From: a virus | Taxonomy: Duplodnaviria > Caudoviricetes | Strand: one strand, 5' to 3' | DNA length: 64,000 bases | IMG/VR virus record: IMGVR_UViG_3300034073_002120 | Shown here: piece by piece, positions 1-12,000 of the stretch | Layout: every line of letters begins with the position of its first letter | Position numbering within the stretch: the stretch's first letter is position 1 | The notes under the pieces: generated by a model | Told to the model about the DNA's origin: nothing | The model's database searches: none | What the model saw: the letters and a program-made list of their open reading frames with translations, nothing else | Position numbers and translations under genes: made by a program

Positions 1-1320
1 AGATAAAGTTTTACACATATAAGCAGAATTCAATCCTTCTTCTTTACACATCCATTCTCTACCTTTTAAACCACGTTTTCTACGTTCTTCAACTGGAATA
101 TCATACCAATAACGGATTGCATCTGCAACTTCATATACATCAACTTTATCATCAATAATATATGGTGTTGGGACTGAACCTACAAGGGTTTGAACTCTAC
201 TGAATACCGGTTTAACCCATTCTCCATGTTTTACTTTATCACCCCATTCTCTCACATCATGTAATGAACCAATTTTCACATAATCATCTGCGGTAAATTC
301 TTTACCATCTAATGTAAATCCACATTGGTCTTGTAATCCACCTGTTACGTTTACAATAGTTGGAGTTCCCGCCATTACCGATTCTGCAGTTACTAATCCA
401 AATCCTTCATTACCTGCAATGTTGATTGTGACATCTACTAAATTATATATCCAATTTAATTGCTCTTGTGAAATTCTACTACCTGAAAATCTTACATCGT
501 AATCTGGACAAATAGTTTCTTTAACTGCATATAAATCAGTTCCATTTTCATCAATTGGTGCAGTGTGCATTAATAAACATACTTTATCTCTATCTTCTTC
601 TGGTAATCCATCGACAAAACGTTTGTATGCCCAAATAACATCAGATGGTTGTTTACGTCTGATATTACGATTCATCCAAAATAAAACAAATTTGTAATCT
701 TTATCACCTAAAATTTGTTTACGGAAATCAGCAGGAACTTCAATTGGTTTGTAAATTGTAGGGTCAATACCATGTGGTACATAACTTACTTGCCAATCTT
801 CTAATGGTTTAATCGTTGATGATTCAATTGCACCAACTCTTTTTACAATACCATATGTTTGTTTAGAAATACATCCCAACCAATCACAACTTTCGTAGTA
901 ATCTCTATTGTATTTTGGGTCTGGTAAATCATCCCAAATATGATAGAAGAAAATAGGAACATTTTGTCTAACCTCTGCTTCCATTTCATACAACCATCTC
1001 CAATAACGAGGGTCAGTAAAGTGTAGGATTGCATCTGGTTGATGTCTCATGATTAGTTCTCTAAGTATATTTGCATCTCCATAACCACTCCACGGAATGA
1101 TTTTAACTGATGCATCTGCAATACCTGATACTTTTCTAGCATCTTCACCTAAATCAATTTCCTTACCAGCCTCAGGATGTTGTACTGCTGCACCCAATTG
1201 AACCCAGTGGTATTTATCTAAGGTGCCGAAAATGAGTTGTTTTGATACTGTTGCTATACCAGATGACATTCTAAAATCATCCGATAATAAAAGAATTTTT
1301 TTCTTTTGTTGTTCTGCCAT
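1..1320 (-). CDS. GT-B (GT4-like) glycosyltransferase, 3' end runs off the window
   Basis: Absent from the ORF track because it is open at the edge. Translated by hand from ATG at 1320: MAEQQKKKILLLSDDFRMSSG..., with the GT4 signature NEGFGLVTAESVMAGTP in frame at 361-420. Confidence 0.85.
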   Translation of the reverse strand, partial: MAEQQKKKILLLSDDFRMSSGIATVSKQLIFGTLDKYHWVQLGAAVQHPEAGKEIDLGEDARKVSGIADASVKIIPWSGYGDANILRELIMRHQPDAILHFTDPRYWRWLYEMEAEVRQNVPIFFYHIWDDLPDPKYNRDYYESCDWLGCISKQTYGIVKRVGAIESSTIKPLEDWQVSYVPHGIDPTIYKPIEVPADFRKQILGDKDYKFVLFWMNRNIRRKQPSDVIWAYKRFVDGLPEEDRDKVCLLMHTAPIDENGTDLYAVKETICPDYDVRFSGSRISQEQLNWIYNLVDVTINIAGNEGFGLVTAESVMAGTPTIVNVTGGLQDQCGFTLDGKEFTADDYVKIGSLHDVREWGDKVKHGEWVKPVFSRVQTLVGSVPTPYIIDDKVDVYEVADAIRYWYDIPVEERRKRGLKGREWMCKEEGLNSAYMCKTLS

Positions 1321-1331
1321 TTAAAATAAAA

Positions 1332-1532
1332 TTAAAATTGTGAACCACTAGTATGTAGTTCGGAATATTCGTTGATTTCACTTCTAAAAGTTTCGTCCTC
1401 AATATATTTGTTTATGGAACGATTCACTAATTTTTGTAGTGTAATGTTAGAATCAAACGAAAGTTGTTTGAATTTTGAGTAAACATCTTTTACGATTTTT
1501 ACTGTTGTTAGTTTTGTGTTTGCATTTGTCAT
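1332..1532 (-). CDS. Small ribbon-helix-helix-like DNA-binding protein
   Basis: 66 aa; TTVKI strand followed by two helices (KDVYSKFKQLS, TLQKLVNRSINKY), the RHH pattern. Confidence 0.55.
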   Translation of the reverse strand: MTNANTKLTTVKIVKDVYSKFKQLSFDSNITLQKLVNRSINKYIEDETFRSEINEYSELHTSGSQF

Positions 1533-1595
1533 AACTCTTTCTCTCTCTATTTTGTTATGTATATAAATATATACAAATATAAAAAGAGTAAAAAA

Positions 1596-2453
1596 TTACT
1601 GCCAGATTGGACATATTTTTCGAGTCTTAAACTCACACCAATCACATGATTTAGATTTATTTGTAGGGAAATCTACTTGTTTTACTTTACCCTCTTCATC
1701 GTAAACACTATCTACGAATTCCATAAAACCTTTCCAAGCATTGTTTACTGATGGTTTACCATTTGGTGGAACAAATTTGGAAATACGTGGGATTGGGAAA
1801 TCAGCTTTCTCACTAATCTTACGTTTTAGAATTTGGTATTCTACTTTGATTTTATCTAAGGGAACGTTGTATTTTTCTGAATAGAATTTCTTATACAACA
1901 ACATTTGTGAAGTTTTTACTTTATCTGATTTTTGAGAATCAGACCATCCTCTTGTGGATGTTTTAAGGTCAATAATGATAATATCACCAGATGAAACATC
2001 TTTTAATACAATATCAATAAACCCAACAAAATTAACGCCTGGTCTTACCTCTGCGTTTAATGGTAATTCGATTGATACTAATTCAAATCCACTCTTAGTA
2101 TAAAGTTTATCTAATTTAGATTTAAAATATTGTAAAATCAATCTACCGTCACCGAAGAATTCTTCTAACTCTTCTTTTTCGCATGGAGTTCCTTCTGTCA
2201 TTTTAGCCTTCTCAGCAGTAAAATGTTCTACTAACTTATCTTTTAACATAAGTTCGAGGTCTAACTCCAATGCCTGTTTCTTTGTAACTCCGTACATAAC
2301 GGAAAGAAAATGTTGAATGGTTTCGTGCATTGCCGAACCAAATATGGTATGGATATTAGCGGAGGATTCTCCTAACTTATCTATATAACTTAGTTTGAAT
2401 TGTTGTTGACAACTTGTCCACATTCCATACTGACTATAACTTACTCTTGCCAT
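1596..2453 (-). CDS. PD-(D/E)XK exonuclease, Cas4/AddB-like with probable Fe-S cysteines
   Basis: GFIDIVL...IIDLKTS catalytic motif; one N-terminal Cys (WTSCQQ) plus C-terminal CDWC...C. Confidence 0.8.
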   Translation of the reverse strand: MARVSYSQYGMWTSCQQQFKLSYIDKLGESSANIHTIFGSAMHETIQHFLSVMYGVTKKQALELDLELMLKDKLVEHFTAEKAKMTEGTPCEKEELEEFFGDGRLILQYFKSKLDKLYTKSGFELVSIELPLNAEVRPGVNFVGFIDIVLKDVSSGDIIIIDLKTSTRGWSDSQKSDKVKTSQMLLYKKFYSEKYNVPLDKIKVEYQILKRKISEKADFPIPRISKFVPPNGKPSVNNAWKGFMEFVDSVYDEEGKVKQVDFPTNKSKSCDWCEFKTRKICPIWQ

Positions 2454-2472
2454 TTATTGTTGTTTTATATAA

Positions 2473-2504
2473 CAAATATACGAAAAATATATGATATTTC
2501 CAAA
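2473..2504 (-). promoter_or_regulatory. Bacteroidota sigma-A type promoter
   Basis: Minus strand TTTG-N20-TATATTTG upstream of the nuclease gene. Confidence 0.8.
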
Positions 2505-2507
2505 TTT

Positions 2508-3752
2508 TTAATTGAAAATCTCATCTCGCATTGCGTTAAAATCTACACCATTTAGGGTGGTTACATCGGTATTATGAATTTTATCCATATTATGTGTAAA
2601 TCCTACGATAGTTTCTACCGATTTTTCCATATTTGGTTCTGAATTGATAAAATTGATTAAATTAGTGATTTCATTAATGGTTTTTTCACTATCCAATTCT
2701 TTAATACCATTTTCTAAGAATTCAACAAGTCTTTTCTTTTCAGATTTACTAATATTATTTAGAGTAACATGAGATGGCACCCATGCGTAATAAAAATCTA
2801 TATGGTCTGATGAACCTATAAATTCATTTTCTTTCATAAATTTAATAAAATCAAATATATGATACACATTCCAAATTGTAGTTGTGTATTGAAAATTATA
2901 TTGCATCCCCATTCCACCTGCATATGGTGATTCTGCTCTGAAATATTTTTTTATAGTTTTTAAGTTTTCTATAAATCTTTCATGTTGAAATCCTACTCTT
3001 TGATATTCACCAACTTTATCGATTCCATCACATGAAATTGATAAAAATACTCTATCAAATCCTTTCCATAAATCAATCAAACTCTGTTCATCATATGTGA
3101 TTACTGATAAATTTGTGTTGTAGTGGATACTTAATCTTCGTTTATTTCCCCAATGCTGTTCTATAATTGGCATCGTATCATAAAGATATTTCAATACTTT
3201 ATAATGTTCTGGCATGATAAGAGGTTCACCTCCAGCGAAATAAAAACTTTTAACATTTTTAAGATGTGGAATTAAATCCTCTACAATTGTATCAGATACT
3301 TTCATCACTTTAGTTCTACCTTTTGTATAACCAGGTGCTATTTTCTCATTATCTTCAAACCAATTTGATGAAAAATCATGATTACACATTCTACATTTGA
3401 AATTACAAAGGTTAGAAAATCTAATATCAATATGCTGAAATTGGGTTTCTACTGAAAAATCTTCATTTACTTTTGGCATTTCCCACAATCGATTTGCATT
3501 AAAATCAGTACGAGGAGAAATGCCATTCAAATCTTCTTTTTTATAGCATACATCACATACTTTGTTACGTTTACCACTTAACATATCTTCACGCAATTCT
3601 TTCATTTGTGGTGAATTAAATGCATCATCGATAGACATAGTTTTCAAATCCAAAGGTGTATCAAATCCACCTGCAATACAACAAGGTTTCATTTCTCCTT
3701 TTGGTTCTGAATATAAATGTACGAATGGTAGTATGCAGATAGTATTACTCAT
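2508..3752 (-). CDS. Radical SAM protein with twitch/SPASM-like auxiliary cluster domain
   Basis: CNFKCRMC (CxxxCxxC), AGGEP motif, and N-terminal CILPF...PCC...CDVC. Confidence 0.85.
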   Translation of the reverse strand: MSNTICILPFVHLYSEPKGEMKPCCIAGGFDTPLDLKTMSIDDAFNSPQMKELREDMLSGKRNKVCDVCYKKEDLNGISPRTDFNANRLWEMPKVNEDFSVETQFQHIDIRFSNLCNFKCRMCNHDFSSNWFEDNEKIAPGYTKGRTKVMKVSDTIVEDLIPHLKNVKSFYFAGGEPLIMPEHYKVLKYLYDTMPIIEQHWGNKRRLSIHYNTNLSVITYDEQSLIDLWKGFDRVFLSISCDGIDKVGEYQRVGFQHERFIENLKTIKKYFRAESPYAGGMGMQYNFQYTTTIWNVYHIFDFIKFMKENEFIGSSDHIDFYYAWVPSHVTLNNISKSEKKRLVEFLENGIKELDSEKTINEITNLINFINSEPNMEKSVETIVGFTHNMDKIHNTDVTTLNGVDFNAMRDEIFN

Positions 3753-3754
3753 AT

Positions 3755-4450
3755 TTATTTTTTTATTGTTGGAAATGAAAGAATTGCATATCTACCAATA
3801 CCATCAACTACTTCGGATACACCATGTTTGATGTGATGGTTTGATAAATCCATAATAGCACATTTTCCAAATGTTGGAATTACTTCTTCATCATTTAATA
3901 ATAATAACCCACCATTATTTTTATCATAATTTTCATTTAGATATACCAGAATAGAACATAATTTTACAGCATATTCATCAACATGAGGTGTAAATTTACA
4001 TTTATTGTTATAGTATGTCAATTGAACTTCGCCTGTATAATCAATTTGTTGAGTTTCATCAAAATCATATAAATAACGAATTATGTTATTGAATCCTATT
4101 TCAATTTTAGTTTGTAATTCATTTGGTGATAATCCTAATTTAACACTTGCATCTTGTATATCATTTTTAAAAAACCAACATTGCGAAACATCAGAATTAC
4201 CATATTCATCAAATAATTGTTCTTTTCTGATATTGGCATCTTCATATCCAATTTCACTATTATAACGAGTTTCAATCGCATCAGAATCAAATCTAAATTG
4301 ATTAAATAAATGTTGAATATTTTTTTCTTCGTTACACTTTAAATTGGTATTAAGAAAATTATAAAAATCTAAATCTATTTCATTTACAAAGAATTCACAA
4401 TATCCCTTTTCTTTAAAATGCTGTTTAGCAGTTTGAAAATTTATATTCAT
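3755..4450 (-). CDS. 2OG-Fe(II) oxygenase (prolyl-hydroxylase-like)
   Basis: HVD...HGVSEV...RY facial-triad and 2OG-binding pattern. Confidence 0.8.
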   Translation of the reverse strand: MNINFQTAKQHFKEKGYCEFFVNEIDLDFYNFLNTNLKCNEEKNIQHLFNQFRFDSDAIETRYNSEIGYEDANIRKEQLFDEYGNSDVSQCWFFKNDIQDASVKLGLSPNELQTKIEIGFNNIIRYLYDFDETQQIDYTGEVQLTYYNNKCKFTPHVDEYAVKLCSILVYLNENYDKNNGGLLLLNDEEVIPTFGKCAIMDLSNHHIKHGVSEVVDGIGRYAILSFPTIKK

Positions 4451-4452
4451 AT

Positions 4453-4902
4453 TTAAATTTTTAATTTTAGTTTTGTAATTTCTTTGGATTCTATTCCATA
4501 TTTTTCACAAATATATTTGATATGTTCTCTACCTTCTTTAGTAGAATATAAAATTTCCAAATATTCTTCTGCTTGAAATTTAGAGCATTGGTAATCTTTA
4601 ATTACTAATTCTACTAACCATTTTTCATATGCATCTTCTTTCTTACCTTTAACGTATCTTAAATAGTATTTTCCCTTTGGCAAAATACCAATTAGAGCCA
4701 AATACAATTGTTTTGGCTCTAATGATTGTGTATATGGTTGTAATTCTGAAAGAAATTGTATCCAATCTGGGTTCATAGAAAGAAATCTATGTACCATATA
4801 ATTTGACCATGTCTTTTTATCAGCTTCATCTAACTTATCCCAATATTTAGGGTCTTGTTCAGATGTAATTGCTTTGATATGGTCGAATAGGGATTTAGCC
4901 AT
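4453..4902 (-). CDS. gp62: Clamp loader small subunit (T4 gp62-like)
   Basis: YMVHRFLS...LPKGKYYLRYVK pattern resembles gp62; gp44-like gene nearby. Confidence 0.7.
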   Translation of the reverse strand: MAKSLFDHIKAITSEQDPKYWDKLDEADKKTWSNYMVHRFLSMNPDWIQFLSELQPYTQSLEPKQLYLALIGILPKGKYYLRYVKGKKEDAYEKWLVELVIKDYQCSKFQAEEYLEILYSTKEGREHIKYICEKYGIESKEITKLKLKI

Positions 4903-5170
4903 TTTGTTCTTTACTTAATTTATCTTTATGTTCTAATGCCTGTAATTCTAATGCAGACATTTCGTGGTTCACTTCACCACATTCACCACAAACTAATACT
5001 TCAAATGGAATAACCATATCTTGTTCACCTCCAAACGCTAATTTAGATAGTTTACGGAATTTAGTTCCACTAATGAATACATCATATCCGCAATGAGGAC
5101 ATGTCATAGGAACGGAATTAGAAATATCTACTTTTTGTTTTGGTGGGTGTTGACCTAATATATTTGCCAT
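4895..5170 (-). CDS. Zinc-ribbon hypothetical protein
   Basis: CPHC...CGEC pairs; 8-nt overlap with the next gene. Confidence 0.7.
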   Translation of the reverse strand: MANILGQHPPKQKVDISNSVPMTCPHCGYDVFISGTKFRKLSKLAFGGEQDMVIPFEVLVCGECGEVNHEMSALELQALEHKDKLSKEQNG

Positions 5171-5176
5171 AATTTA

Positions 5177-5482
5177 TTATTTTATAATCATTTCTAAATC
5201 CATCTCTCTACAAAGATAGTATTCCTTTTCACCTAATTTGATTTTACGCAAACTCATTCCACCTGCAGGCAACATTACCTTGTCACCCACTTCTACTTCC
5301 ATAGGAATTTTAGTTCCACTTTGGGTATAAATACCATTACCTACTGAAACTACTACACCGATTTGATTTTCACCATCTCTGACAGTGTCTGGTATGATAA
5401 TTCCACCAACGGTCTTTTCTTTTACTTCTACTTCGATTAGGACTCTATCTCCTAATGGTTTTGCTAATTGTTCGTTTGACAT
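5177..5482 (-). CDS. groS: Co-chaperonin GroES
   Basis: KPLGDRVLI, TVGGIIIPD mobile loop, VEVGDKVML. Confidence 0.95.
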   Translation of the reverse strand: MSNEQLAKPLGDRVLIEVEVKEKTVGGIIIPDTVRDGENQIGVVVSVGNGIYTQSGTKIPMEVEVGDKVMLPAGGMSLRKIKLGEKEYYLCREMDLEMIIK

Positions 5483-5497
5483 ATGTTTATTTTAATT

Positions 5498-5707
5498 TTA
5501 ATCGAACCATTGTGAACGATTCGTTTTTAATTTTGTTACACCAGTTTTTCTTAATACATCTCTACCTTTTTCTTTCCAAGCACCAACTATTTTTGAATCC
5601 TTACGTTTATAGGCTGATAATTGGTCTAAATATGAAAAAAGGTCTTCCTCTGATAATCCTTTCAAATCATCATCAGTTAAGGGGTTTTTAGGGTCATATA
5701 CTATCAT
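5498..5707 (-). CDS. Hypothetical protein (start moved to MIVY)
   Basis: The track start at 5728 lies inside the promoter; the ATG at 5707 follows an A-rich leader. Confidence 0.6.
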   Translation of the reverse strand: MIVYDPKNPLTDDDLKGLSEEDLFSYLDQLSAYKRKDSKIVGAWKEKGRDVLRKTGVTKLKTNRSQWFD

Positions 5708-5725
5708 ATTATTTAGTTTTATAGT

Positions 5726-5757
5726 CAAATATACGAAATATATTCCATATTACCAAA
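5726..5757 (-). promoter_or_regulatory. Bacteroidota sigma-A type promoter
   Basis: TTTG-N20-TATATTTG on the minus strand. Confidence 0.8.
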
Positions 5758-5763
5758 TTTTTA

Positions 5764-6309
5764 TTAAGATATATTAAGTATTTTTAATATATCATCTACG
5801 GTCTTTTCACCAACTTCAACAATATGATATGATATATTATTTTTTACTAATACATTTTCGATTTCAGTATCTAAACGTATTGATTCTGAAAGAGTTTGGT
5901 AGCGTTCTTTTTCATTATATCCACCTTCCGTTCGTTTTAACACTATATTTACGGAATCATATTGATTATGTATATCCAATACCATTTTATCAAAAGACTC
6001 TCTATATAAGGTTGCTGGATACTCTAAACCAGTATAAGCAGAACGATAAACTAATGATAATAAAATTGGGGAATCCAAAATGATATAATCCACCTTACTA
6101 AAACTCTTTACAATCCCCCTATGTTGATTTGCTAAAACATATAATTGGTCTCTGATTGCCGAATGGTTTTCATCCCATGCTAATTGTTTTGGAAATTCAT
6201 ATGGATTATCACAAGTTATATGTTTCTTTTTAAGTTTATAGGTAAGGCCGGAGGCAATTGAGGATTTACCTATACCCGGCCCACCAAATAGATTTATGAT
6301 TTTACTCAT
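5764..6309 (-). CDS. NadR/AAA_28-like P-loop ATPase or kinase
   Basis: Walker A GGPGIGKS; YIILDSPILLS motif. Confidence 0.7.
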   Translation of the reverse strand: MSKIINLFGGPGIGKSSIASGLTYKLKKKHITCDNPYEFPKQLAWDENHSAIRDQLYVLANQHRGIVKSFSKVDYIILDSPILLSLVYRSAYTGLEYPATLYRESFDKMVLDIHNQYDSVNIVLKRTEGGYNEKERYQTLSESIRLDTEIENVLVKNNISYHIVEVGEKTVDDILKILNIS

Positions 6310-7263
6310 TTATAGAATTGCGTTTATACCGATTAAGGTTGCCATAAAACAAATTTCTTTATCTACTACCAACGCATCTTTGTGTTGTCCTTGTGCAAGT
6401 TCTAAAATAACTGCAGAAGTATTACCTTGTGCATATTCATCTACTTTTTCATAAAGATATGAATACAATTCAGTAAAATCTTGTACACGAGAATCTGCAA
6501 CTGCTTGTCTTAGATTCACATAACGATTTCGTTTATCATCTTTTGATTTTAGAATATCTAAAATCTTAACTTTAATATCAGAATTTACGATTGAACCAGT
6601 ATCAACTTTTAATACACCTTTAGATGAATTTAATTGACACGTATTGATAATTTTACGAATATCTGGGTATGATGAATCTACAATAGGAACTAAATCTTTT
6701 GGTTCAAATTCAACACCTTCAATTTTTAATATCTTACTAATTTGAACTGCAACATCTTTTTTAGTAGGTGGTACAATTTGAAACGTTTGACAACGAGATT
6801 GAATTGGCTCGATGATTTTTTCTAAATAATTACAAGTCAAAATAAAACGACAATGTTTTGAAAAAGTTTCCATTACGTTACGAAGAGCTGCTTGTCCATT
6901 TGGTGTTAGATAATCTGACTCATCTAAGATAATAACTTTCAAAGCCTTAAATCCAACTGTGGATGCAAATCCTTTGATTCTATCTCTAATCGTATCTACA
7001 CCATTTTCATCTGATGCATTGATGATGATAAAATCACAATTGATTGAATTTACAATTAGTTTGGCAAGGGTAGTTTTACCAGTACCTGCTCTACCATAGA
7101 AAAGTAAATGTGGTATATCATGATTTTTGATATAATCCCCAATTTTTTCTCTTAAATGGTCATTACCTATATAGGTTTCCAATTCATTTGGCCTATATTT
7201 TTCAACCCATAAAGTATTTGATGTTTTAACTGATTCTTTTGTTACTTCTTCAAAAAATGCCAT
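6310..7263 (-). CDS. gp44: Clamp loader large subunit (RFC / T4 gp44-like AAA+)
   Basis: WVEKYRP, GRAGTGKT, DESD and SRC motifs. Confidence 0.93.
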   Translation of the reverse strand: MAFFEEVTKESVKTSNTLWVEKYRPNELETYIGNDHLREKIGDYIKNHDIPHLLFYGRAGTGKTTLAKLIVNSINCDFIIINASDENGVDTIRDRIKGFASTVGFKALKVIILDESDYLTPNGQAALRNVMETFSKHCRFILTCNYLEKIIEPIQSRCQTFQIVPPTKKDVAVQISKILKIEGVEFEPKDLVPIVDSSYPDIRKIINTCQLNSSKGVLKVDTGSIVNSDIKVKILDILKSKDDKRNRYVNLRQAVADSRVQDFTELYSYLYEKVDEYAQGNTSAVILELAQGQHKDALVVDKEICFMATLIGINAIL

Positions 7264-7284
7264 ATTATTTATTTTTTATTTTAA

Positions 7285-8907
<1,623 letters not shown>

Positions 8908-8924
8908 TTATTTTTTTATTTTTA

Positions 8925-8956
8925 CAAAGATACAAAATATTTTTGAAATTACCAAA
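8925..8956 (-). promoter_or_regulatory. Bacteroidota sigma-A type promoter for groEL
   Basis: TTTG-N20-TATCTTTG. Confidence 0.8.
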
Positions 8957-8959
8957 CAA

Positions 8960-8984
8960 AAATGGGAGAATTTTTCTCCCATTT
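8960..8984 (-). terminator. Intrinsic terminator after the TonB-dependent transporter
   Basis: 11-bp stem AAATGGGAGAA/TTCTCCCATTT with a 3-nt loop, followed by T-rich sequence on the minus strand. Confidence 0.8.
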
Positions 8985-9005
8985 AAGTTTAGTTTTATTT
9001 TAGTA

Positions 9006-12000
9006 TTATCTACCAAAGATATAACGAATACCTAATTGTGCAGACCATACATCAAATACTGATGAATTGTACTGATAAGTATCTCTAGCTAAGATAGTAG
9101 AACCATCTGCTAATTTTTGAGTTGCTAACTTATAAACTGGTTCACCATTTGTTGTAGTTGAATAGTTTAAGATAGTTGGAATAGTTGCTCTTTGAGAAAC
9201 ACCCCACTCATTATTTAATAAATTACCAAAGTTCAAAATATCAGCTCTGATTTGAATTGTATTCTTTTTACCTTTAACATTTACATAAATATCTTGTACA
9301 ACTGATAAATCGAATCTATGTAACATCGGTAAGAATGAACCATTTCTTTCAGCATATTGACCTCTACGAGATGATAAATATTTATCTTGTCCGATGTAAG
9401 AATCAAATGCTGCTTGTTGTTCAGCTTCAGTATATGTTCTTCCACCTGCAGTTAATGGTGCGAATTTAATATCAGAACCTTTTGATGGAACGAAAATTAA
9501 ATCATTACCTGCTATTCTATCACCATTCATATCACCACCGATTGTGTAAGAGAATGGGTTACCCTGATTTCCTACATAACCTAATGTGAATGAAGTTGCA
9601 CCACCCATACCTTTACCATATTCTAATCTATATCCTAACAAACCAACTAAACGATTTGGAGATAAAAAATTTGAATTAGATAAAGATAAATCGTTATTAC
9701 CATTTACACTTCTTGCACCTGTCCAACTACCTGAAGCGATTGAACCTGCACTCATAAAGTCTTTAGCATCTGATACCGTCCAAGCAAATGAACCGAACAC
9801 ACCTTTTTGGTAAGGATATTCTAATTTCAAAGTTAATGAACTGAATGATGCATCATTTGAATTAGTTAATACAATTGCGTTTGAAACATTACTATTTACT
9901 CTAACACTTGCATCAGTTCTACCATACATCGCTCTTGTATCAACACCTGCGAATATACCAGTTGGAACACCAAAGTTTGCGTTATAATAATGAACTGCAT
10001 TTAAGTTTTTATTTGTAATAAATTCTGCAGTACCGATGAACCCAAATGGTAATTTTTGGTCAATTGCGATATTAGATTTCCAAACTTGTGGGAACTTATA
10101 GTTCTCATCTGTAAATGCCAAATCAAATGTAGATGGTAAAGTTGGAGTTGATGGAATAAAGTATTTGTTAGGGTCAGCAGTGAAACCATATTTAGCTGCT
10201 GCAGCACCACTAGCATCAATATATCCTGTCAATACACCATTATTACCTACTTGATTTGAAATGAATACATATGGAGGTCTACCAGTGAATACACCTGTAC
10301 CACCTCTTAATTGTGTTTTTCTATCACCAAATACATCGTAGTTAAATCCGAAACGAGGTTCGAAAAGTGTTTGTGTTTTTGGTAATTTACCAGTATTAAA
10401 CTTTTGTCCACCTGCAAATGTCATCGCCGTTACTGCTGGGTTTTCTAATGCAGTTTGTTCGAATGAAATTACTGCAGCTCTTAAACCCAAAGTAAACTTT
10501 AAGTTTTCAGTTGCCTGATATTCATCTTGTCCGTAAATATCTAATCTATCAGTTTTCAAAGTTTGTAATGGTTCTGCTGCTCCTGGTAATGCCGAATAAC
10601 GGAATTGGAAACGAGCGGGTGTCAACGTAGAAGGTGCTCCACCATTTGCTAATGATTGATTAGCTGCGGTGTAGAAATCTGCTAAACTATTGAAAATATA
10701 AACACCATTAGATGCTGGGAAAAATAAGTTATTAGATTGATATTTCTCATAGTTAAAACCTAATGTCAAAGTGTGTTTATCTGCATACTTTGTTAAGTTG
10801 TTTGTAATATGGAAAGTATTGTAATCTAATTTATTTCCAGGTGTGAATGGGTCAAAACCTACTGCCGTAAGAGTTGTTGCTCCTTCTTTAATATCCACAG
10901 TTGGGAATACATTAGAAAGATAAGCTCTATTTTCAATTTGTTTATCATAACCAACAATTAAGTTATTATGTAAAGTGTTTGATAATTTAGAGTTTAATTC
11001 TAACACATAAGAACGTGTATTATCCATAATACCATAACCACTATTCTTAAAACTCATTGCTAATGCTGATTGAGTTCTATTACCAAATCCTGCTGAAGAA
11101 GAGTTTGAAATGTTAATTTCTGCTTCAGAATCGTGATGAACATAACGTGCGGTTAATTTATGTTTATCGTTGATGTTCCAATCCATACGAACTAAGAATT
11201 TCTTAGATGCGTTTGTGTTAGAATACCCTTCAAATGGACCAGTTGTGTAATTAAACTTATCTTGCATAAATTTAGATAAGTCTGATAATTGTGTATAAGT
11301 TGGTCTGCTAACTTGCGAACCTGTTAATGGAGAACCTGTTGAAATCCAATTTGTTCCTGGTTCAGTTTTCTCAATTTGTTCGTAGTTTCCAAAGATGAAT
11401 AATTTATTCTTAATGATTGGAGCACCCAAACGGAAACCTTGTACCTTCTCATCAAATTTAGATGCGGTTACTTTTGTTCCTCTTGCATTATCACCAACAT
11501 ATGTAGATGAATTGTTTCTTTGTGTTTGATATACCGAACCTTCAATTTCGTTTGTACCAGAACGAGTTACTGCATTGATACCAGCACCAGTAAATCCACT
11601 CTGACGAATATCGAAAGGTGCGATGTTTACTTGTAATTGCTCAATCGCATCTAATGAAATTGCCGATGCTCCGGTTCTACCACCAGCTTGTGCAGATGAA
11701 CCTAAACCGAATCCATTATTGAATTGAGAACCATCGATTGTAAAGTTATTCAAACGAGAATCTTGTGCTCCGAATGAGTTTCCGTTTCCGTTTGGATTGT
11801 ATTTAGTAATACCATCGATTGTTCTTGCTCCCGTAATTGGAATGTTTTGTAAATCTCTACGAGTGAATTGTTGAGATGCACCAGTTCTTTCTCTTGATAT
11901 AAGATTATTTCTACCGGCACTTACTACCACTTCTTTTAATGTAGTAGTTTCATCAACTAAAACAAAATCAACGTTTGTAGTAATACCCAATTGAGTATTC

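Noticed and set aside
1596-2453. CRISPR-Cas locus around the Cas4-like nuclease
   Set aside because: No other cas genes and no repeat-spacer array were seen; intergenic gaps are too short.
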